Positions 48,202 through 61,038 are shown, counted from the stretch's first letter. The stretch: 64,000 bases of DNA from Phyllosticta citribraziliensis (GCF_038025025.1 NW_027117338.1:1736001-1800000); one strand, 5' to 3'. A program made the numbers and translations. Notes: generated from the sequence alone by a model not told the origin.

Positions 48202-51200
48202 ATGGATCCCTCTTTCGAGTCGTTGAGCCGCACAAGCAGCGGGCGCTCAGCCCTGTCCAAGGTGTTCTCGGGTCGTCGTCGAAAACACAGCGACGCATCA
48301 GCCGGGTCCAAACGCCGCGACGACGGTGATTCAGGCAGTCTGCGGCCGATGAGTACGAGCAAAGCCAGAAGCTCCGGGGAAAGCCAGCGCCAACGGCTGA
48401 ATCTGGCAGTGCGGAAGCTCCCAGGGTTGTTTTCTAGAAAAAGGCGAAGACGACAAAAGGACGGGGCAGCCGAGGAGCAAAGCGTCTATGAAGCTGTGCT
48501 TGGCTCAAGCGCAAGCCGCAGCGCAAGCAACGTTGTCTCTCCTGACCCAGATGGCGCCTATCTCAGTCCGTGGGACAGACAGTCGCTGCGGATGGACATG
48601 CACAAGAACGTCACGAGCAGCAGCTTGATTACGTCCGACAGCGACTCTGAAGCGTGAGTTCCGAAACGTTTCTTTTCTCTTTGTCCAAAACCTTTGTAGA
48701 CAAGACACACCCACATCGGGGGTGAGGGCACGGCCGGCGGGGCGTCATTTTAGGTCCTTCTGGGATCGTCGCAGCCGGCGAACCCTGGCGGCGTGGCCTG
48801 GCTCATGGCTGAGAGGCGGCTCCTCTGCGAGCCTGCACTGCGGCTGGCCTGACTGCTGCATCCGCCAAACACCTCTCCGCCGGCACTCAACTCCACACTT
48901 CAGCTCCACACCATCACTCGTCCATTCGGTTGTTCCAACACGACGCTTTCGGCTTGCTCCCATCGCTTCTGCCTGCGACGCTCGTTCAGCTCACTTGTCG
49001 ACTCGCCTCGCGTCTAATTTTGGCGCCTTTGCTCCTCAATATCGCCTCTGCTAATCTGTGCTCCCCCTCAGACCTCCCGTCAGACCCCCTCTTTCTCCAC
49101 ACCAATCCCACGCCGGCTATTTAACACTCTCGTCACCTTTGATTGCGTCCCAAATTCTCGACGCAGCCATCATCTCCCCGCCTCCCTATCCAGACGACAT
49201 CCGCTCCATCGTCACCACGGCCGACACGGTGGCTCCCAAGCAGTCGAATACACTTGAACCGCAATCGAAGGAGAGGCGCGGTTCGTCGCCTGGGAGGAAG
49301 CTCAAAGGCGCTTTTGGAGGTCGGAAATCGCCGTCGCCCAGAGGAACTCCCGACACGCTCAAAGCCTCTGGCAGCGGCGGCGGAGGTGGAGGACTCGGTT
49401 CTTTGCTTGGGAAGAAGTCGCGGAGCAGCTCCAAGGTCAGCCTACTCGAGGAAGGCACCCAGGACTCGGCACAAGGAGATCACCTCCAGGGCCACTTGTC
49501 GCCACCTCGGTCGGACCCTTCTCAGACATCTCAAGCCGAACCCCAAAGAATTGACACCTCCACCGTCGTTCCCGAAACAACGCCGGATCCCGGAGCAGCG
49601 GAGGCTCCCACGACCTTGTTAACCCCACCAACGCCCACCGACGGCCTTGACTACACTTCTCTGCGACCTGCTACCTCGTCGAGAGCCGAGCCGTCCCATA
49701 GCCAACCGGCGTCGAACAATCCCGACGTCATTATTACACCGTCGGGGAGCTTGATCCATCGCCGTGCGAGATCAGCTACAACCAGCAACCAGCCAGGCAA
49801 GCTTGCGCATGCTGGCTCGTCGCAGCTCACTCCAACTGCAGAAGAGACGAGAACCCCCGGAGGCACCCTAACATCCCCTCCGAGCGGCTTCTTTTCATCC
49901 GTCTTTTCCGCTGCTTCCAACGCCGCCAGCTCCTTCACAAACATTGCCAATCTCAACCAGAACCAACGAAAGCAGAGCGCGTCTTTGGTCCCTGAACCAA
50001 ACGTGGAAAAAACCGGCCCAGCTGGTGGTGAAGAAGTCATCAGTGGGGGATCCTCCGAGGCCGAGCAGATTGCCGAGAACCCCAAGCCCGAGAAGAAGCA
50101 GCTCGCCGTTGAGACTCTTGGTTCGGGAGACCTCAGCCTCAGTCACCTGGGCATTCAGGAAATCGAAAGCGATCAGAGCGTCATGAATTCGTCTGACGAG
50201 CTGGCTCCGGCTAGGCCGATAACACCCACGGTCATTCCCGACGACGATGCAGCCGCAAGGAGTGAGGACAGTGCGGCGGCCAAGGCCGTGTCTGCATCAT
50301 ATCTCCAGGAGCCCCCCGATTCCGCCTTCGTGGGGCATAAACCGAAAGCTCTGACTACTCTCTCTGGCGTACAGACTCCGCCTAGGCCTCTAGGAGACGA
50401 GTCCGAGACCCGTCCGAGGCGCAGTGGCAGCGTGAGAAGCCGGTTGAGCGATCGCAAAAGTCGGAGGAGGCATCGCAATAGCTCGAATGCTGGTGCAACG
50501 TTGACTCCTGCAGTCACGAGCAGCACCACAACGTTACCTGGTGCCACTAGCATGGGCGTCGTCGGCGGATCCAAGTTGACGGGCTTTGCTGTTGCTCCGG
50601 CGAAACGGAATCGGGAATTCCATGGCCAATTTAAGAGCGTGCCTGATGATGATTACCTCATTGAAGACTACAGCGCCGCGCTGCAGCGAGATATCCTCCT
50701 TCATGGTAGATTATATGTGTCCGAGGGACACATTTGCTTTGCCAGCAACATTCTTGGTTGGGTCACCAATCTCATTATCAGTTTCGACGAGGTTGTTTCG
50801 ATTGAGAAGAAGAGCACGGCAGTCATCTTCCCTAACGCTATAGTGATCACTACGCTTCATGCGCGCAACGTGTTCGCCAGTCTGGTCAGCCGAGACTCGA
50901 CATATGACCTCCTGATTGGGATCTGGAAAATCAGCCATCCCAACCTGAAGAGTTCGCTGAATGGTGTCGCTCTTGACAACGGCACAGGTGACAAGACGGA
51001 GAAAGACGACATTGACGACGCGATTGAGGATGTCTCCGAAGAAGGTTCAGACGACGAGGTCTATGATGAGGATGACGAAGATGAAGAAGCCGCTGCGAGT
51101 GTGACCGATCATGGCGATGGTAGCATCGCCGGCAGTGAGATTGCGGAGCCTGCTAAAGCCATCAGCCGCAAAGCGTCCTCTCAGCCTCTGGGAGCCACTT

Positions 51201-52535
51201 CCAACGGTGCTGCTCCAAAAGACAATGGCAACATCGAACCCGCCCCCAACGGAGCACCCGCCAGTCAGGGCTTCCCTGGGCCCATAGCGCACGCTGAAAC
51301 TTCATGTGGTGACGAGGCCGAACACTTCAGCAACCTGCTAATGGACACCACAATTCCGGCACCGTTAGGAAAGGTCTACTCTCTGATGTTTGGTCCGATG
51401 TCGGGCACTTTCATGCGCAAGTGGCTTATCGAAGACCAAAAGTCGCAGGACTTGCAAATGGAAGACGACAAGCAGGGGCTTTGCGAAACCAAGAAGACTT
51501 TTAACTACAGTTTTATCAAGCCTCTCAACGCTTCGATTGGCCCCAAGCAAACCAAGTGCATCATCAATCAGACTCTTGATCAGTTTGACCTGGAAAGAGC
51601 CGTCACCGTCACTTGCTCGACTCAGAATCCCGATGTTCCCAACGGAAACATTTTTGTTGTGAAGACAAAATACTGCCTTACGTGGGGTCCTGGCAATTCT
51701 ACTCGTCTGGTGATGAACCACACAATCGAATGGTCTGGCAAGAGTTGGCTTAAAGGTGAGACCTTGATCCCCCTGCAGCATGGGTGATAGGATTGAGTAA
51801 CTGAACCAAAAATTAGGACCGATCGAAAAGGGGACCAATGACGGACAAGGCGTGTATGCCAAGGACCTCGTGGCCGCTCTTCGCGCCGCCTGCTCTGCCA
51901 AACCCATTGCCAAAGCTGCGACTGGAGGCAAGACAAAGAACAAGAAAGGCCGCAAGAAAGGCGCCGCTGCAGCCTCTCCAGAAATCGCGACCACCGCACC
52001 TCTCGCCTCGGCCGACAAAGGTGGAGATTGGGGTCTCCTGGAACCGCTGCATGGTCCTCTGCGCCCAATTACTGATCTGATGCCGAGTTTCGTCTCGGCA
52101 CAAGTCGTCGTCCTCTTCCTCGGCCTGCTACTTCTCACATCGTGGTTACGCGGCGGTGCTCCAGCTGGCGGCCGCAACGTCTCGCCATATGGTCTCGCAA
52201 CCCCAGCTCGCATTGCGGCATATGAGGAGATGTGGCGCCGGGAAGAATCGGAACTGTGGGACTGGCTTGAAGAGCGCGTGAGGATGGACCGCGCGACGCC
52301 AATGACGGCGGGCAAAGGGCCTTCGAAGAGAGCCTCGGCGGCCATGGGACAAAAGGTGCTGGCAGAGACGGAACGCATGAGCCAGCGACAGATAGAGGAG
52401 GCGATTCGCGTCACCCAGAACAAGCTGGAGACGTTGAGAGAGGCGGTTGAGAGGCAACGGGACCGCACTTGGGATGGTGCAGCCACCCAGTCCGAGGCTG
52501 CGACGAAGGGTGAAGAAAGTCCCCAAGAGGTGTGA
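48202..52535 (+). CDS. GRAM + VASt/StARkin membrane-anchored sterol-transfer protein (Lam/Ltc family); exons 48202-48653, 49072-51755, 51817-52535
   Basis: GRAM (KRNREFHGQFKSVPDDDYLIEDYSAALQRDILLHGRLYVS), VASt (IKPLNASIGPKQTKC, TQNPDVPNGNIFVVKTKYCL, WSGKSWLKGPIEKG), C-terminal TM and EESELWDWLEER. Confidence 0.93.
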
Positions 52536-52774
52536 TTGTCGCTGGTGATTTGGATTTGTTCGGTGGTGGACATTGCATTTCCATGAGAAGGCGTCTTCGG
52601 GGCGTGGAGGTTTGATTCTTGGTTTGCTTGCATCCTTATGCCTCATCCTTTTGCTACCCTGGATATCCCCCCCTGCCTGTGCATTCTTTCTTTTGTTTTG
52701 CTCCCGTTGTTGGCGTTTTCCTACAAAATATTCTTTTGTCCGCAATTTCCCTTGTCACAATCATTTCCCTGGCG

Positions 52775-52795
52775 TTTTTTTTTTTTTTTTTTTTT
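52775..52795 (+). repeat. Poly-T tract (21 nt) in the 3' region of the Lam gene
   Basis: Direct count. Confidence 0.9.
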
Positions 52796-54220
52796 CCTTG
52801 CGTCGTTTCCAGTCTTGGGCTCATCAACTTTCAGGTCCCCTTTGTTGTACTTTGTGTCTTTCGCATCTGTTTCCCTTCCTCTCCTCTCCTTGATGGGTAG
52901 CTTCGCTACATGCTCACATGCGGGTTCTTGTGTCCCTCTTTTTGGCTCTAGACATCAATCCTTGGTCAGTCCAGCCGCTAACGTTGAAGACTGGTTCCAT
53001 CTTGGAAAATTTGTGCAAGCATATGAAACAAAAAAAGTCGACTTGGTGGTTGAATCGTCATCTGCTCATGTATCGCCATTTCTTCTCGGTGGTGATGCCG
53101 GAGCAGGGAAGGACCGTCCACCCACCAACCTTTTTCCCGACTCACCCTTTGCACTTGATCTTTCGACATTTGACATGTTCACGGTGAACGCCGCTGGTCA
53201 TGACCACCCAAATTACGCCAACACAGCAAGGAGATGAACCCCTCTTCTACGTTCAGCTCCAACCGAGCTCCTATCACCTCCAATGCCGCCACCACGAGGA
53301 ATCTACCGATCATAGCTTCCATCTCCCGCATATCCTCACTTATCATCCCAGCATCTAGCACACGTGCAGCCAGGCACGAGCGTTGAGTGGATGGCCAGTG
53401 GCGGCGTCTGCCCGCCCGTCCGCCCGCTCGGAAGGGCCCGCATCGTCCAAAAGCTTAACGAAAAAAGATGCCAAAAAACCTAGATGCGAAAAAGAGACAC
53501 GGAGAGCGACAATGGCGGTGACCGGCCAGTCAAGAGAATAGAATAGATAAGGGGCAGTACAATCAGGTGCTCGCTGCCACCTGCTCTCGCTCTGCTCTGC
53601 ATCTACGGTAGTTTGCGGGTTTGTGGCTGAGACACATCGCACCGTTCACGTTGTCAGGCTGAGGCTGAGGCTGAGGCGTCCGTCCGTGGGTACCTGCGTC
53701 CGTGGTGGGCTTTTCGGCCTGCGAATACGGGACAGTGGTGGGGTCGGTTTGTCGGTCGGTCGGTCAGTGAGACAACCATGCTGAGCAGCGCGCCGGCCGA
53801 CCGGTGAATATTCAAGGCTGTGACGGGTATCAAGTTGAATGATAGGCGAATACGACGGGGCTGAGTATGCAGGGCTGGTGGGTGGGAGGCTGGAGATGAA
53901 TGAGAACAGAAGGAATGCATGGATGGATGGCTCGAGCATTTTTCTGCGGTGACGTTAGTTGCCTTTTCACGTCTCTTTTCCTTGGAACATTGCTGAGAAT
54001 CATGTCAAGTCCTTTCATTTAAGCAATAAAGATGAACATCTGCAGCCGTCGCTTTTACGCGCCGAGGCATGGACCAATTTGATATCGGACGAAAGAAAAA
54101 GAAAAAAAGTAAAGACAGTTCCCAGAACCTCCCTAGAAAACTCCCTGCCCAAATCCACGCAAGACCCGCGTAATCCAATCAATAAGACCACCTTTCATAT
54201 TCCGCTTTCGGTTGTTCCAC

Positions 54221-55686
54221 TTAAGCGGCAGCAGCCTGCAGAGGAGCCGCCGGGCTTTCAGTCACACTGGGAGCCTGGGTGCTAATGTCAGGCAAGCCCG
54301 GGTGGACGCCAACGCGCTCCTTGGGGAGCAAGTCAACCAGCACTTGGCTGGGCTTGTTGCTCTTGCCGGCGGAGAAGACAGCGTTGTCCTTGTAGGCCCT
54401 GACGCACTCAATGTACTTGTCGAAGAGGTATGCCGAGTCAAGCGGGCCGCCCTTAGCCTCGGGGTGGAACTGAGCGGAAAAGATGGGGCGGGACTTGTGG
54501 ATCATGCCCTCGTTGGAAGCGTCGTTGAGGTTGACGAAGAACTCCTTCCATTCGGAGTCAAGGCTGGTGGCGTCGATGGCGTAGCCGTGGTTCTGCGAAG
54601 TGATGTGGCACTTGCCCGTGGTAAGGTCCAGGGCCGGAATGTTGTGCGCACGGTTACCGTACTTCATCTTCACAGTGCGAGCACCGGCAGCCAACGCAAG
54701 CAGCTGGTGACCCATGCAAATTCCCATGACGGGGACTTGGCTGGTCTCAATCAGCTTGCGGAGGTGGTAAACGGTGTCCTGACAGTGGGTTGGGTCACCA
54801 GGACCGTTGGAGATGAAGACACCGTCAAAGTGGTGAGCGACCTTGTGGATGGGGTAGTCGTAGGGGAAAGCGGTGACGCTGGCACCACGGCTGACAAGGC
54901 TGCGGAGGATGTTCTCCTTGACACCGCAGTCGATCAGAGCGACGTGCATATCGCCGAGGTTGGAGCTAATGTGGAAGGGAGCCTTGGTGCTCACACGGCG
55001 AACCAGGTTGATGCCCTCCGGGTCAATGTATGCCTCGTCTTCGTCCGCGTCGTATTCCTCACCAATGCTGATTCTCGCGAGCGAGGAGCCCTGCTCACGG
55101 AGGTAGGTAACGATGGCGCGAGTGTCGACACCAGAGATGGCAGGAACACCCTCCCTCTGGCACCATTCCGCCAGACTTTCAACGGCAGTCCAGTGGCTGT
55201 GCTGCTCCGCAACATCCGCAACAACGATACCAGCGGCCTGAATGTTGGGAGATTCAAAGTATCTGAGGAGGCCGAACTCGTCCTTGACAGATGAAGGGAC
55301 ACCGTAGTTACCAATCAGGGGCTGGGTGAAGACGAGAATCTGGCCACGGTAGGAGGGGTCGGTCATGGACTCGGGGTAGCCGACGAGAGAGGTCGTGAAA
55401 ACGGCTTCACCGCTAATGTTCTTCTTGGCACCGAACGATTTTCCGGAGTGGATGGGCCCGTTCTGCAGAGATGAGTCACAAACTGTGCACATTCGCCAAT
55501 TGCCCAATTCCTGCGTACCTTGATGGTGAAAGTAGCCCTGTCCTTGGTAGCCCTGGAGCGAGCGATGCTCTGGGCATTGTTGTTCTGGACAGTGGCCATG
55601 AAGCGGGCCTGCATTCCGGCCTTGGAGAGCTGGCCGAAGACCCCGACGGGCCTCAGCATGGAGGGCTTCGCGAGCTTTGCAAACAT
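54221..55686 (-). CDS. CPA1: Arginine-specific carbamoyl-phosphate synthase small chain; exons 55686-55519, 55462-54221
   Basis: Mitochondrial presequence-like N-terminus; [37 protein letters not shown] (catalytic Cys), SQNHGY, QFHPE; intron 55518-55463. Confidence 0.97.
55472..55478 (-). promoter_or_regulatory. Gcn4/CpcA/CPC-1 consensus TGACTCA in the CPA1 coding intron
   Basis: Exact 7-mer within GTGACTCAT. Confidence 0.5.
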
Positions 55687-55745
55687 TCTTTTTTGGGTTG
55701 TATGTAGTCGATTTGAGAGGCGCTTTGGAGCGAGTAAAAGGCCGT

Positions 55746-56006
55746 TCAGTTAATGGAGGCCTTCCACAGGTGGTCTGTTGATGTGTGAGTCAAGCTGGTC
55801 TTGCGGAGGACTGGAAAGCGGCGGATGAGCGTTACCAGAGATGTAGTCCTATGGTACAGCTGTTAGCAAATGTTTTCAAGCAAGAATCGTCGAATTGCGG
55901 TCAAGCTATCGCCTCTACGATGGCGTAGGGCGCAAGGACAGAGCGTAGATAACAAGCAAGGCGGCCAACATACCTGAGAAGTGAAGATGGTCTGAGCAGA
56001 ACGCAT
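55746..56006 (-). CDS. Arginine attenuator peptide (AAP) uORF, 24 aa [24 protein letters not shown]; exons 56006-55974, 55848-55836, 55774-55746
   Basis: Introns 55973-55849 (GTATGT..GCTAAC..TAG) and 55835-55775 (GTAACG..TTGAC..CAG) give a 75-nt ORF matching the AAP core (N. crassa FTSQDYLSDHLWRA); it ends 59 nt before the CPA1 ATG. Confidence 0.96.
55786..55792 (-). promoter_or_regulatory. Gcn4/CpcA/CPC-1 consensus TGACTCA in AAP intron 2
   Basis: Exact 7-mer; CPA1/arg-2 is a known cross-pathway control target. Confidence 0.55.
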
Positions 56007-57519
56007 TCGCGAAATTGGCGGATCTGTCAGTTGTGGTCGATGGGGTGCAACGACGGGCGTTGCCTTGCAATTGCTGTGTTGTGTGCAGCAGAAGAGGTGG
56101 TGGAGTTGAGTTGATGAGGGACGGACGAGGCGAGAGAATCAGTGTGGGTGACAAGGTTGAGGTGGGGCCGGCTACGTAAAATTTCACTGGCCGCACGACC
56201 AAAGTCCGAATTCGCATCCTCCGCCTTCGCGCATTTGCTAACAGCTTTCTGTAACGCAATTATTCTTCTGCCTCGTCACTGGTCAATTCCTTCAACCGCC
56301 AGCCGTGCGCCCATCGCCCTGCCCAGCTCGGAGCCTTTGCTGACCTTTGGCCCTCGACAATCGCCTTTGCCACGACGTCAACGCCATCAACGCCTTATCT
56401 GCTTGCCTTCAACGAATGGATGGAGCCACCGTCTCTTTGTACCGCGAGACGTGATGATTCAGAATACAAAGAATTTTACCAAAAGATAATAAAGGGAGCT
56501 GGGTCTTTTCTTGTCTGGAATGGAAGACGACGTTGACAACGTGGGCGCTTGGGAAGGTGTTTAGTGTCCTTCGACACGAGGGCCTACTAGATGCCACGTC
56601 CCTGGGCTACCGCTATTGGTTTCTTCCGGAGCTTTTCCTTCTGAGGCTGACACACCTTCTCACCTGTTCAGCAACAGGGAGCTTCCTACGACACATCATG
56701 TGCATCACCACACTAGGGCGACGCTGCGCCATCGCCTTGGCGTCGACTCACCAAGAACCGGTAGTTGAATAGGGGCGAATAGACACGGTATTGCAGGCAT
56801 GGCTTGTCAAACAATGCCACTGGACCTTGTTATGATCAAGGCCCACCAACGGCGCAATGCTTCTCCAATGCTCTGGCTTCTACCGTCCTTTTCCTAGCTG
56901 TGTGTAGCCAACACTGCTGAACAAAGACCGCAAATCGCAGCACAGCTCCACGCGAGTCGAGGCCCATCGGAAGCCGAGACGATGTTCCTCCGAGTCAAGA
57001 TGCTAAACTTTAAATGCTCAGCTTCCAAACAAGGGTTAGCCTCGCTCGATGACGGGACGCTTTGCAACACAAAAACAACTCCCCTGTATTGCAAACACAG
57101 CTGCTCTCTCTTGTTTTGGGCCACGCAGCATCATCTGATAGTCGTCGTATAACCTGCCTGCAATGCGAGTTGCGGGGTACATCCATCAGAAACCCTTGAG
57201 CATTCCGCTGCCAAGTGTCGGCGGGCCGTCGCCTTTTCGCCCATCCACTCGATCTCTAGAAGCAGACCTGTGGAAGGTGGGCCAACATTCCTGGTTTGAT
57301 ATGGCGCCCCATTCTAGACGGGCATCTCCTTGACAGCGGGGGTCAAGGACAACGGTGGAGCTGGCGCCAGTGTGACAGATGCATGTCTTGCGAGTGTCCA
57401 AACGGGTAATCTACGCCAGGGTCCCATTTGCCCATGATGACATACAAATATCAACCGCCTTGCTCACTCGACGTCGACTCCTCATGCCACGAGATCGGAC
57501 CCGCGGTTTTCTGGAGACC

Positions 57520-60185
57520 ATGTCATGCTTCTTCACCTTACTGGCATTTGCTCTCCTGGGAGATGCCGCCGTCTTAGACTGGACCACCTCTTACGCCAAA
57601 GCGAGTTCGGCACTCCAAGGGCTTACTGTCGAAGAGAAAGTTGGTATCGTCACTGGTATCGGATGGCAGAAGGGGCCATGCGTCGGTAACACCCCCCCTG
57701 TTCCAAAAATCGGCCTACCAAGTCTTTGTTTGCAAGACGGCCCACTGGGAGTCAGATTTGTCCAAGGAACCACTGCTTTTCCAGCAGGCATTCACGCCGG
57801 CGCTACGTGGGACAAGGACTTGGTCTATCAAAGGGGAGCTGCTATGGGAGAGGAGTCGAGAGCTCTGGGAATTCATGTTCAGCTAAGCCCTGTGGGAGGG
57901 GCTCTTGGTAAGGTGGGTTTGAACGCTTCGTTCCGTGTCAAATTTTGGGCATATCTTTGCAATTTTCCGAGGCCCTTGGAGTTGGAGGCTCTGGACTCCT
58001 TCGGCGAACAATAGCTTTAATCTGCTATTTCCAACATCAGGCTCACCATGCAATCCCCTTTCCCTATTTGCTTGCCACGTGCCTTTTTTTCTGTTTTGCG
58101 TCCGCTTGTTGATTCCTCCCAAGAAGCATTCGATGACGATCGCCTCAGATTCCGGAAGGTGGCCGAATATGGGAGGGTTTCACCAACGACGCCTATTTGT
58201 CCGGCATTCTGATGCAACAAACAATCAGGGGCTTGCAATCATCAGGAGTGCAGGCCTGCGCTAAGCATCCCGTGGGCAACGAGCAGGAAAAGAACCGCGA
58301 AACGATGTCATCGAACATTGACGACCGCACTCTCCACGAGTTGTACATGTGGCCATTTGCAGACTCAGTCCTTGCTGATGTGGCCTCGATGATGTGCTCC
58401 TACAACAAGATCAATGGAACCTGGGCTTGCGAAAGCGACAAGCTCCTGAATGCGCTGCTTAAAGACGATCTTGATTTTAGGGGTTACATTATGTCGGATT
58501 GCAAGTAGAGCCCCATTGTTTGATATTGGATCTTTGTTCTGACTGTGGTCCAGGGAATGCTCAGCACTCTTCAGTCCAGTCTGCACTGACCGGCCTGGAC
58601 ATGTCAATGCCAGGGACAGACTACAACGGGGGCAGCATTTACTGGGGACCATCGCTCACCGAGCTTGTTAAGAACGGCACCGTACCCCAGACAAGATTGG
58701 ACAACATGGTTACGAGAATTCTCGCCGGCTGGTACAAGCTGCAACAGGACCAGAACTACCCGCGCGTAACTTTCAACTCCTGGACCGGCGGCACAGGAGG
58801 GCCCAATGTGCAGAGCTCTCACAGTCAAATTGCAAGACAGGTAGCGAGGGACGGCATCATCCTGCTCAAAAACGACCGAAACACACTTCCGCTGAGACCA
58901 AGTGGCGGGAGCATCGCTGTAATAGGATCCGATGCGATCACGAATCCGGACGGTCTCAACGCCTGTAAGGATAAGGGCTGCAACAACGGCACGTTGACTA
59001 TGGGGTGGGGCTCTGGCAGCGTTGAACTCCCCGTAAGTGCAGACTGACTTCTCCCTGAACTTGGCTTTCAGCTCCGCTTCGTTATACGACGCTAATAAAG
59101 GCCATTCCTCTAACGCGCTCATTTGCAGTATCTCATTGACCCTCTAAGCGGTATTCGTAATCGCCTCAGTGGAACCACAACAAATGTGATTCCATCAACG
59201 ACAGACGACAAGAATGCCGCAGCAGGCGCCGCCGCCGCCGCGTCCATGTCGATTGTCTTCGTCAACTCCAACTCAGGCGAAGCCTACATCACTGTTGAAG
59301 GCAACGCCGGAGATCGTATCAACCTCGACCCCTACCACGATGGCAACGGGCTTGTTGTCGCAGTCGCCGCAGCTGCCGGTGGAAAACCCGTCATCGTGGT
59401 CATCCACAGCGTTGGACCCATGTTGCTCGAATCCATCTTGTCGCACCCGAACGTTGTGGCCGTCGTCTGGGCTGGCCTGCCTGGTCAGGAGAGCGGGAGC
59501 AGTCTGGCTGACGTGCTATTCGGCGACTACAGCCCCAGCGGAAAGCTGCCATTTACGATTGGCAAGTCGCGGGTGGATTATGGCGACGTGGCCGTTGAGC
59601 CAAGCATGGTGGACAGCTATGAGGAGGGGCTGTATATTGATTACAGGCATTTCGACAAGATGGGGATCACGCCGCGATATGAGTTTGGCTACGGCTTGTG
59701 TAAGTCTTTCCCGCTTCCAAAACCAACCCTATAAGAGGCAAAAAAAGTGGGGGAACAAAGATATCAAACGATTCCATTCTACACAGAAGAGCTAACCTGC
59801 CGTACCAGCCTACACGAATTTCACATACTCAGCCCTGGCCATCCAGCCAGCCACCGCCATGCCTGCTGGCCTCTACGACACCATCGCCGTTATCACCTGC
59901 ACAATCACCAACATTGGGCCCTACGCTGGCGCCGAAGTCGCCCAGCTCTACCTATCGCTGCCACCTTCAGCGCCTGACTCGCCTGTCCAGCAGCTCCGCG
60001 GCTTCGACAAGGTCAAACTGGCGCCGGGCCAGGCTGGCACTGCGACCTTTGTCGTCCGCAAGAAAGACGCCAGTTACTGGGACGTGCCGCGGCAACAGTG
60101 GGTCATTCCGCCTGGCGAGCATCGGTTCGTTGTCGGCTCGAGCTCTAGGGACAGGAAGCTGCAGGGTGGCTTCGTTGTTCAGTAG
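57520..60185 (+). CDS. Secreted GH3 beta-glucosidase; exons 57520-57912, 58149-58500, 58554-59032, 59129-59699, 59809-60185
   Basis: Signal peptide; CLQDGPLGVR, GGRIWEGF, ACAKH, MCSYN, MSDWNAQH (across a GC-AG intron), GLDMSMPG, PGQESG, SPSGKLPFT, FGYGLSYT, FnIII EVAQLY..QLRGFDK. Confidence 0.95.
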
Positions 60186-61038
60186 GGCTCGTTCTAATTC
60201 TATCCATCCTGAGCTTTTCGCTCTCGGATGGACTTCCTCTTGTGAATTGTCTCCTGATTCAATTTTTTTTTTTTTTTCATAGCCTACCTACGAGCAGGGT
60301 ATTTGCAGTTTAATTCTAGGGGATGGCAGTACAGTGAGGTCTAATTTGTGTGTAATCGGGCGCCACTGCTGCTGTAGATATTGAAAGGGTTGTTTCTACT
60401 TCACAAATGACGATGATCATTGCCCGCGGGACACATTGAAGGAGTAGCTGAGTCGACTGTGGCTGATTGTGATGTTCAAGTAGAGCCTCCCCCGTACCAC
60501 CCTTGATTTTGTTGCTAAAGTTTGCAGGCTTATCCCTGCTAGTGCTTGTAGTTGCTCTATCCTACAATCAACGACAGGCCCCTTTCTATGCTGTCTATAT
60601 TGCCGCAGTGGCTGTACTGTACGAGGGTTGTGCAGTACAAGCCATCATACCGATCCCAATTTGCCAGTCGACATCGGAATCGATACCGTAGGTGACCGAA
60701 CGCGCCGAAGCCACGCAAGGCTTTGTTGAAGGTTATGAGGCTGCGGCAGCCTTGAATCTTGTTCCATGAGGCGGATTCACGAAGGTTGGATCGGGTTCAT
60801 GTCACTGACCCTTGCAAGATGGTGTGCAAAGCACCCGGTTTCGCTCCTAATGCGCATCTCGAGTGTCTGCGCGAGACCCTTGGCACGGTCCTTGTGATCT
60901 TGGTGGAAGAGAAGCACAATGTCGTAGACAAGGAATTGGTTGTCATATATAACATCAAGGACGCAAATTGCTCTTGGAGAACAAGTGCCTCTTGAGGATC
61001 TGGAGCAATGCCTATGACACGAGAGTGCAGATTCTCAT

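Noticed and set aside
52638..53237. 199-aa hydrophobic ORF
   Set aside because: Product of the T-rich 3' region and poly-T tract of the Lam gene
54212..55294. 360-aa plus-strand ORF
   Set aside because: Antisense shadow of the codon-biased CPA1 gene; the same applies to 13494-14555, 21214-21882, 31144-32514 and 51365-52633
57030..57520. CreA (SYGGRG) and XlnR (GGCTAA) matches upstream of the GH3 gene
   Set aside because: Plausible, but 6-mers of this kind occur often by chance at this GC content
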